Shown here in pieces: positions 49,252-64,000 of a stretch of 64,000 bases of DNA (position 1 is its first letter; each line of letters starts with the position of its first letter). Where the stretch lies: assembly GCF_009914755.1 (NCBI RefSeq), contig NC_060940.1; one strand, 5' to 3'. Source of the stretch: the human T2T-CHM13v2.0 reference genome, Homo sapiens. The notes beneath the pieces are model-generated. The model was not told the origin of the DNA, ran no database searches, and saw only the letters and a program-made list of their open reading frames with translations. The translations under genes were made by a program, and so were the position numbers.

Positions 49252-52200
49252 GGTTTCACTGAATACTAAGAGCCTGAAAAACTGCTTGGCTGATTTGACT
49301 AATAAAGGCTGGTCTGTTATCAGACTGTATAGAGGGGGGAAGGCTAAACTGAGGAATTATGTCTGACAAAAGGGAAAAAATGACTGTGGTGGCCTTCTCA
49401 GACCCTGTAGGAAAGGTCTTTGCTTATTCAGTGAAAGTGTCTATTTAGACTAAAAGTTATTTTAGTTATCTGACTCAGGGCATGTTGAATAAAGCTAATT
49501 TGCCAGTCCTGGGCGGGGGCAAATCCCTGAGCTTGATGTGTAGGGAAGGGAGGAGGCCTGAATAATCCCTGAGGAGTAGTAGAACAGCAGATGGAACACC
49601 GAGAAGTTATTTCCTTGAGGATAGATTTCCACGATGGAAAGGAAATGAGAGGTTCTGAGAGGCGGGCTAGTGGCTTGTACTATAGCATAGCCTGCCTTTG
49701 CTGGTGTGTGGCGATTAGGCCTGGTGGAACTGCCATCAATAAATCAAGCGTGATCAGGGTGAGGAACAGGAAAGAAGGAAATTTGGGGAAATGGGGTTAA
49801 TGTCAGGTGGATCAGAGAGATACAGTCATGGGGGTCAGGTGTGGTATCAGGAATAATGTGGGGGGCCAGATTGAAGTCCGGGCCAGGAACAATGGTAATT
49901 GTGGGACTTAAAGAGTGAGTACAGCTGAAGGAGCCGGGGAGCAGAAAGTATATGCTTCAGGTATGAGGAAGAAAATAGATTTTGGAAGTTATGAGAAATG
50001 TAGAGAGTGAGTTGAGCATAGTTTGCGATTTTTAGGGCCTCTAAAAGTATTAATGCAGCGGCACCCGCTGTATGCAGACATGAGGGCTAGGCTAAAACAT
50101 TAAGGTCAAATTGTTTGGACAGAAAGGCTACAGGGTGCGGTCCTGGCTCTTGTATAAGAATTCTGACCACACTAACCATACCTAGGAAGAAAAGGAGTTG
50201 TTTTGTAAGGGATTGAGGTTTGGGGGATTAATCGGACACGAGCAGCAGGGGGAGCACCTGTGTTTTTATGAAGAATTATGCTGAGATAGGTAACAGATGA
50301 GGATGAAATTTGGGCTTGATTGAAGTAATGGGGGCTGTCTGTGACGCCTTGCAGCAGTACAGCCCAGGTAATTTGCTGAGCCTAATGGGTGTCAGGGTCA
50401 GTCCAAGTGAAAGCGAAGAGAGGCTGGGATGATGGGAGCAAAGGAATAGTAAAGAAAGCATGCTTGAGATCCAGAACATAATAATGGATTGTGGAGGGAG
50501 GTATGGAGGATAGGAGAGTATATGGGTTTGACACCATAGGGTGGATAGGCAAAACAATTTGGTTGATAAGGCACAGATCCTGAACTAACTTGTAAGGCTT
50601 GTCTGGTTTTAGGACAGGCAAAATGGGGGAATTGTAAGGAGAGTTTATAGGCTTTAAAAGGCCATGCTGTAGCAGGCGAGTGATAACAGGCTTTAATCCT
50701 TTCAAAGCATGCTGTGGGATGGGATATTGGCATTGAACAGGGTAAGGGTGATAAGGTTTTAATGAGATGGTAAGGGGTGCATGATCAGTCGCCAAGGAGG
50801 GAGTAGAGGTATCTTATACTTGTGGGTTAAGGTGGGGGAATACAAGAGGAGGATGCAAAGGAGGCTTTGGATTGGGAAGAAGGGTGGCAATGAGATGTAG
50901 CTGTAGTCCAGGAATAGTCAGGGAAGCAGATAATTTAGTTAAAGTGTCTCGGCCTAATAAGGGAACTGGGCAGGTGGGGATAACTAAAAGGAGTGCTTAA
51001 AAGAGTATCATCTAAGTTGGCACCAGAGTTGGGGAGTTCTAAGAGGTTTAGAAGCCTGGCCGTCAATACTCACAACAGTTATGGAGGCAAGGGAAACAGG
51101 CCCTTGAAAAGAAGGTAATGTGGAGTGGGTAGCCTCCGTATTGATTAAGGCGACGGACTTACCTTCCACTGTGAGAGTTACTCGAAGCTCGGCGTCTGTG
51201 ATGGTCTACGGGGCTTTCGAGGTGATCAGGCAGCGTCAGTCTTCAGCCGCTAAGCCGAGAAGGAGTCAGTCAGAGAGCCTTGGGCCAGAGTTCCAGGGGC
51301 TCTGGGAGTGGCTGCCAGGTGAGTTGAACAGTCCGATTTTCAGTGGGGTCCCACACAGATGGGACGCGGCTTAGGAGGAATCCCGGGCTGCCGGCATTCC
51401 TTGGCCCAGTGGCCAGATTTCCGGCACGTGTAGCAAGCTCCTGGGGAAGGAGGTTCTGGAGGAATACCTGGCTGCTGTGGTTCAGGCATTTGGAAGTTCT
51501 TGTGTGCTGGAGATGTGGCTGGGGTTTGTCTCACAGTGGAGGCAAGGAATTGCAACTTTTTTTCTGTTACTGTACACCTTGAAGGTGAGGTTAATTAAAT
51601 CCTGTTGTGGGGTTTGAGGGCCAGATTCCAATTTTTGGAATTTTATTTAATGTCGGGAGCACATTGGGTAATAAAATGTATTTTGAGAATAAGATGGCCT
51701 TTTGACCTTTTAGGGTCTAGGGCTGTAAAGCGTCTCAAGGTTGCAGCCAAACAAGTCATGAACTGGGCTGGATTTTTATATTTGATGAAAAAGAGCCTAA
51801 ACGCTATCTGATTTGGGATAAAGAAAAAGGAGCATTCACCTTGACTATGCCTTTAGCTTCAGCCACCTTTTTAAGAATAAATTGCTGGACAGGTGGGGAA
51901 GGGCTAGTCACTGAACGAAACTATAAGCCAGACAGGGTGTGAGGAGGGGAGGTGATAAAAGGATTATAGGGTGGAGGAGGGGAGGCTGAGGAAGAATTGG
52001 GACCTAGCTTGGCCTGGAGAGGAGGGGAGAGGTCAGATGGGTCTGTAGAAAAGGAAGATTAGAAAGACTCAGTGACGCTTGGGGTTGGGACTGAGGGGAC
52101 AGGCGGGAGGGAAAGAAGGAAGATTTGGTACGAGTTGCATTGGGCACAGAGACTAGGAAGGGACTGATGTGTAAAAGAATGCCTGGACATCAGGCACCTC

Positions 52201-53201
52201 AGACCATTTGTCTATTTTACAGCAAGAATTATTTAGATTTTGCAGGATGGAAAAATTCAAAGTGCCATTTTTTGGCTATTTGGAACTACTGTTGAGTTTG
52301 TATTGGGGTCAAGCAGCATTGCAGAAGAAAATAAGGCGTTTAGGTTTTAGGTCAGGTGTGAGTTGAAGAGGTTTTAAGTTCGTGAGAAGTCAGGCTAAGG
52401 GAGAAGGAGGAATGGATGGTGGAAGGTTGCCCATAGTGAAGGAGGCAAACCCAGAGAAAAGAGAGCATAGAGATATGGAGGGAAGGGGTTCGGGGGTTCT
52501 TACCCTCCAGAAAAGTGGGAAGGGGGGTCGGGGCATGGAAATAAGGGATTGGGGCACAGAAATAAGAGGTTGGGGTGCGGAAATAAGGGATTGGGGGTTC
52601 TTGCCCCCTAGAAAAGCGGGACTTGCCGCTAAGGGCGAAGGAGAAGGGGTTGAGGGGTACTTGCCCCTTCCCCAGAAAAGCAGAGAAGGGGTAGAGAGGG
52701 AGAGAAGGAGTTGGGGAACTTGCCCCTCCCCCAGAAAAGCGGGACTTGCTGCTAAGGGTGAAGGACCAAGGCAGGCATCCCTGCGTGGTCTGACACCTTT
52801 GAAACGTGGGTGAATAATCAGAGAGGTGTCCCTGCAATGATTAAACACCAAGGGAAGGCTGCCTTCCCAGTCCGTGACAGGCGCTGGAGTTTTGGGTCCA
52901 CCGATAAAACGTGTCTGCTTTGTCTCTCCCAGAAAATGAAAGGAATTGAAATTAAGAGAAGGGAGAGATTGAAGTGTGACGCCAAGATTGAAAGGAGAAA
53001 GAGGTTGAGGGATAGTGAGGGAGATTGGAAAAGAGAGTAAAAAGTGGCCACTTACCGGATTTGAAATTGGTGAGATGTTTCTTGGGCTTGTCTGTCTAAG
53101 GACCTGAGGTGGTAGGTGGATCTTTCTCACAGAGCAAAGAGCAGGAGGACAGGGGATTGATCTCCCAAGGGAGGTCCCCCGATCCGAGTCACGGCACCGA
53201 A
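49252..53201 (-). pseudogene. HERV-H internal region A, 3'-truncated at the central LTR, with defective gag-pro-pol
   Basis: PBS-His 53182-53199 (TGG>CGG); donor CCG|GTAAGT 53050-53058; NC CYTCRKSGHWAKEC (51340-51555); RT N-terminus SPYNSPILPVLKP...LVQDL...LDLKHAFFTIPL (50382-50795). Confidence 0.9.
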
Positions 53202-53309
53202 TTTCATGCGCGTCCATGAGAAGAGACCACCACACAGGCTTTGTGTGACCAACATGGCTGTTTATTTCACCTGGGTGCAGGTGGGCTGAGTCCAAAAAGA
53301 GAGTCAGCC
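53202..53309 (-). mobile_element. 5' LTR remnant (R-U5 only, U3 absent)
   Basis: Minus strand reads G-GCTGACTCTCTTTTTGGACTCAGCCC...CATGAAA, directly inside the TSD. Confidence 0.9.
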
Positions 53310-53324
53310 TGTTTTGCTTATTTT

Positions 53325-56600
<3,276 letters not shown>

Positions 56601-56605
56601 TACTA

Positions 56606-58300
<1,695 letters not shown>

Positions 58301-59061
58301 TGTTATGTTATATTAAGAAGTTTCCTTATATTGAACCATCCTTGCACTCTTGGAATAAAGTCTCTTTGGTTTTTCCAGTGTCTTGTGCCCCCAGCTGGAG
58401 AAGCTCCTTTGACTGAGCCAATAGCTACTGTGGACTGTTGTGGACATGGTCTGTGGACATGGACAGGGCCAGTACCCATAGGCCTAAGTCTCCTTTCCTG
58501 CAGTAAATTATTGGTTTGATTCTCTTCGAGAAACCCAGCTCAAAGTCCTTTCTGTTGTCAGGGAGAATAGAAATTGGGTTTTCCCATGGAGTTAGAAAAA
58601 ACTACAGTCTTTTCCAATTTATTCTTGTTTTTATTAACTTTTAAAACAAAACAAAACATATTAAATGTTTTTTTAATATGTTAAAAACAAAACCAAAGAA
58701 TCTTTATCCTGTTATACTCAGCTTTGTTTATATAATGTTTTGGAGGATGTCCCAATGACCTTTTAGAGTCTCTGGGCTGTTATAAAACTAAACTTGGGAC
58801 TCACTTCCCTAGTTTTTCTCAAGAAGAGTGGAAAAATAAAAAAGTTAAAATAGTTTTGGCCAGTAACAAAGAAAAACCTTTAGGTTCTTGGTCACTGGAG
58901 AATATGGTACTTAATCCCTAGAAGCAGGTATACACTGGGCGGGATAGCCCAGTGGTTAAGACGGTCCCTGCTGTGCAGCTTACTGTTGTGTGTAACCTCA
59001 GACAAGTTACCTCATCCCTCTGGTCCTTCATTTCCTCATCAGTAAGAGAAGATAATAATAT

Positions 59062-60753
59062 TGATCCCAGGAGTTCAAGACCAGCCTGGGTACCATGGCA
59101 AAACCCTGTCTCTACAAAAAAAAAATTATAATACAAAAAATTAGCTGAGTGTGCTGTTGTGTACCTGTAATCCCAGCTACTTGGGAGGCTGAGGTAGGAG
59201 GATTACCTGAGCCTGGGGAGGTCAAGGCTGCAGTGAGTGGAGATCGTGCCACTGCACTTCAGCCTGGGTGATAGAGTGAGACCCTGTCTCAAAAAAAAAA
59301 AAAAAAAAGAGAAGATAATAGTTCCCAACTCCAGCCTTGTTGGGAGGCAATTAGTTAATGCTTGAAAGTTCCTTGGGACATGGTAAGCACCAGTGAATAT
59401 GGAGGAGCCTGTGGGGATGAGATCATGCTGTAGGGATTGGGCCAGGTGGTCTTAGCATTCAGCGGCCATTTCTGACCTTCGCTGACCCTAATCCTCATGC
59501 AGATATCTGCAGGGTGTGCTTAGACAAATGACGGGCCTGTTCTCAAGGTCTAGGCTTCTACCATGAAGCAAAATAATGAAGTTAAAAACAAAATCTCCTT
59601 TTGTAGGTGTTTAGCCTATAGGAACCAAAGGAATGGAGCTGAAGATTCCTTCAGGTGGGCATTTTGGGGAACACATCTGTGAATGAATGGGAAGAGGAGC
59701 TGGGCCAATGCTTTCGGCTCCTGACCAGGTGGTCCTGAGGGCTTAAACTCCAAGGAAGGGAGTGCTCTTATAAGCGGGCCAGTGGCTTTCCAATGGAGCA
59801 TCTGCAAAGTGGGTCTCTGGGGTGGTGCTGCACAGAGACCATGTGGTGTTTGTGTTTGAGAGAGTGAAGGGGGTATTTTTGCTGTGGGCAGAAGGGACAG
59901 TTTTTTTGTGACAGATGAGCAAGAAGGGAGAGCTATGGGGAGGGATCTGTCTGATCAGTGGCCAAGTACTGCCTCTCAAGGTGAATTCAGAGTAGCATTG
60001 GGCTGGCCTTCTTTTGGGGGTTTTGTCTTATTTGATGAAGCACGAGCCAGGTTGGAGCCTTTGTCACCAGCTTGCTGTTTCCAACCAGCAATTTTCTATT
60101 GTTAAAATTGGAGTATAACTTACTTAAAATAAAATTCTTACTTAAAATGTGTCTTATCAGGACATATTTTTTTTTGAAACAGCGTCTCTGTCACCCATGC
60201 TGGGGTGCAGAGGCACAACCATGGCTCACTGCAGCCTCGACCTCCTGGGCTCAAGTGATCCTCCCACCTTAGCCTCCTTAGCAGCTGAGACCACAGGTGC
60301 ATGCCACCATGCCTGGCTAATTTTTGTATTTTTAGTAGAGACAGGGTTTCGCCATGTTGCCCAGGCATGTCTCAAACTCCTGAGCTCAAGTGATCTGTCC
60401 TCCTTGGCTTCCCAAAGTGCTGGGATTACAAGTGCCCAGACTGATTTTTTTTTTTCTTTTAAGACAGGGTCTCACTCTGTTGCTCATGCTGGAGTGCAGT
60501 GACAGGATCATGGCTCACTGCAGCTTTGACCTCCCAGGCTAAAGCGATCCACCTGCCTCAGCCTCCTGAGTAGCTGGGACCACAGGTGAGCACCACCATG
60601 CCTGGCTAATTAAAAAAAATTATTATTTTTTTCTCTAGAGACGTGGTCTCCCTATGTTGCCCAGTCTGGTTTCAAACTTCAGACCTCAAATGATCCTCCA
60701 ACCTCGGCCTCCCAAAGTGCTGGGATTCCAGGTGTGAACCATTGTGCCTGGCC
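59062..60753. mobile_element. Alus (plus 5'-truncated 59062-59309 within a MIR; minus 60167-60440, 60445-60753)
   Basis: Alu consensus blocks. Confidence 0.8.
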
Positions 60754-60786
60754 AAAATACACAATCTTAAATGTTCAGGTGGGTGG

Positions 60787-61514
<728 letters not shown>

Positions 61515-61561
61515 GATATGTTTTATTGACAATTATATATACCCATGTGACCACCACTCTA

Positions 61562-61885
<324 letters not shown>

Positions 61886-62700
61886 TTTCCAAAGTTCCCT
61901 AATGCCCCTTTCCAGTCAGATCCTTACCACCACCAGCCACCTGGGATAGCCACAGTTCTGATACCTATCACCATAGATTAGTTTATTGGCCTGTTCTTGC
62001 ATTCAAATAGCTGGAATTATGTAGTGTGCACGCTTTTGTGTCTGGTTGCTTTTGCTCAAAATAATGTTTTTGAGATTCATCCATGTTGCTGCACAGATCA
62101 GCAGTTCCTTTTAATTTCAGAGTAATATTCCACTGTCTGATTATGGCACAGTTCATACGTCCAGTCTTCTGTTGGCAGATATTTGGATGGTTTTCAGTTT
62201 TAGAAGTGCCTATGATTCATAGTATGAATACAGCAGCAATAGGCATTCTTGGTCATTCGTCTTATGGCCATAGAGTTTGATTTTTCTAGGTTAAATTCTA
62301 GGAGTGGGATTGCTGGGTCAGAGTCTAGGTATGTGTTTAACTTTGTTAGAATCGCCAGTCTTCCAAAATGACAATCCCAGCTTATACTCTCAAGGGTAAC
62401 GTGGAGGGCCCCATTACCATGCATCCTGAGAACTCAAACAGTGATTTTCTTGGCGACAGATATTTTCTTTGCTCCATAGAGGGGATAACCCCTCTGCAGA
62501 GGTTTCCATCACAGAGCTGTCAAGCTAAACACCCTCCAGCTGCTGCAGCCTACCCTGCTAGTTTTTGCTTTGTTTTCTTTTGTCTCCTGCTGCTCTCAGG
62601 AAGCACAAAGGCCTGTTGGAGGCCCTTTGTCTACTGTCCCAGTACCAGTGTGGATGCTCCACAGTCTGTTCTTGTGCTCTTGAGTCCCCTTGCTAGTCAC

Positions 62701-62734
62701 AGGTCAGAGGTTGGAGGTCAGAGGTCAGAGGTCG
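62701..62734 (+). promoter_or_regulatory. Five tandem nuclear-receptor half-sites in DR1 spacing
   Basis: AGGTCA g AGGTTG g AGGTCA g AGGTCA g AGGTCG. Confidence 0.5.
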
Positions 62735-63219
62735 GAAGCTGGAGTCCTTCAGCAGAACATCGGCAGCTTCCTTGAGCAGGAGCTGTTTCCAGTGTTCAAG
62801 GGTCCCATTGACTGGTCCCACGCTGGGTTTCTTTCTTGCCTTCTTTCACAATCAAGTAAGTATTTTGCTCACAGACCTCTATTGATAGTGCAAAAACAAC
62901 AGCAAAAGGGGAAATGATTCAAATATAAAAGAAAAAGCCTACGTTTTTCCAAAACCCATTTTTTTACTATTAGTAATACGAGTGAGTAATTATAACAATA
63001 GCAAATACCAAGATAGCATGTACTGTATGCCAGCTCATGTTCTAAGTTTTCTGTATATAGAAATCCAGTAAATCCTTACATAGCCCTTTGAGGTCAGAAT
63101 CTCATATCAAGCCCATTTTACAGATGGGGAGGCTGAGGCAAAAGAGGATCCTCACCTTGCCCAAGGCAAGGTGGAGTCAGAGTTTGAACCCAAAAGGTGT
63201 AGCTTCAGGGTCTGTATCT

Positions 63220-63773
63220 TTTTTTTTTTTTTTTAATTTTTATTTTTGAGACAGTCTCGCTCTGTTGCCCAGGTTGGAGTGCAGTGGCATGATCTCAACT
63301 CAATGTAGCCTTCACCTCCCAGGTTCAAGTAATTCTCTTGCCTCAGCCTCCTGAGTAGCTGGGATTACAGGTGTGTGCCACCACGCCCAGCTAATTTTTG
63401 TGTTCTTAGTAGAGACAGAGTTTCTCCATATTGAGGCTGGTGTCAAACACCTGGCCTCAAGTGATCCCCCTGCCTCAGCCTCCCAAAGTGCTGGGATTAC
63501 AGGTGTGAGCCACTGTGCCAGGCCCAGGGTCTGTATTTTATACCTGCATGTTTTCCTTTGGTTCATTTACAGTCTAGAAACTTAACCACATTTATTTAAA
63601 AAGGAAACTTTGTATCACTAGCATAAATGGAAGATCCACATTGCTTGACATAGATAGTAACTGTAAAAAATGAATACTCTGACATAGTGTCGTGGCTCAT
63701 GCCTACAATCCCAGCACTTGGGGAGGCTGAGACCAGGAGCTTGAGACCAGCCTGGACAACATAGCAAACCCTG

Positions 63774-63820
<47 letters not shown>

Positions 63821-63996
63821 TAGCTGGGCATGATTGAGTGTACCTGTGGTCCTAGCAGTGTGGGAGGATGCCTTGAGCCCAGGAGTTCGAGGCTGCAGTG
63901 AGCCTGATTGTGCCACTGCACTCCAGCCTTGGCAACAGAGAGAAACCCTGTCTCAAACAAACAAAACAAAACAAAACAAAAAACAAAACAAAACAG
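63220..63996. mobile_element. Alu minus (63220-63523) and Alu plus (~63680-63996) with a (CA)n at 63775-63816 in its linker
   Basis: Alu consensus blocks and microsatellite. Confidence 0.85.
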
Positions 63997-64000
63997 AATG

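Larger units (their letters stand above)
43687..53324 (-). mobile_element. HERV-H: Composite HERV-H insertion with processed-retrocopy termini: R-U5-int(A)-LTR7-int(B)-U3-R-poly(A), 15-bp TSD
   Basis: LTR7-family sequence, two tRNA-His PBSs, gag/pro/pol remnants, TSD tgttttgcttatttt at 43687-43701 and 53310-53324. Confidence 0.9.

Noticed and set aside
44105-53201. Functional HERV-H Gag/Pro/Pol/Env
   Set aside because: Frames are broken by stops and frameshifts, the protease motif reads NTE rather than DTG, pol is partly deleted and no env ORF is visible
43718-53309. Ordinary tandem provirus (LTR-int-LTR-int-LTR)
   Set aside because: The outer LTRs are truncated at the R boundaries, the central LTR is a different subtype, and it has no preceding PPT

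Overview
Primate (human-like) genomic DNA, extremely Alu-rich, with no protein-coding exon. From recalled sequence (not a database search), 1-~4857 looks like the distal 3' UTR of SF3B3 (+ strand, AATAAA at 4835). 7084-7238 looks like the distal non-coding first exon of IL34 (+ strand), so the rest of the window would be IL34 intron 1 (chr16q22). The intron is a mosaic of Alus, old L1 fragments, MaLR LTRs, MER5A/MER2 DNA-transposon relics and simple repeats. The standout is a 9.6-kb HERV-H composite on the minus strand (43687-53324) that lacks normal proviral ends. It begins at the R/cap site with one extra G and ends at the R poly(A) site with a decayed poly(A) tail. It is flanked by a 15-bp target-site duplication at an L1-endonuclease site, so it looks like an L1-retroposed (processed) HERV-H RNA. 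Inside it a complete LTR7 of a different subtype abuts pol sequence without a PPT, which fits a nested second provirus partly collapsed by recombination. Nearly all ORFs in the track are Alu or simple-repeat artefacts. Repeat boundaries and subfamily calls are by eye and approximate.
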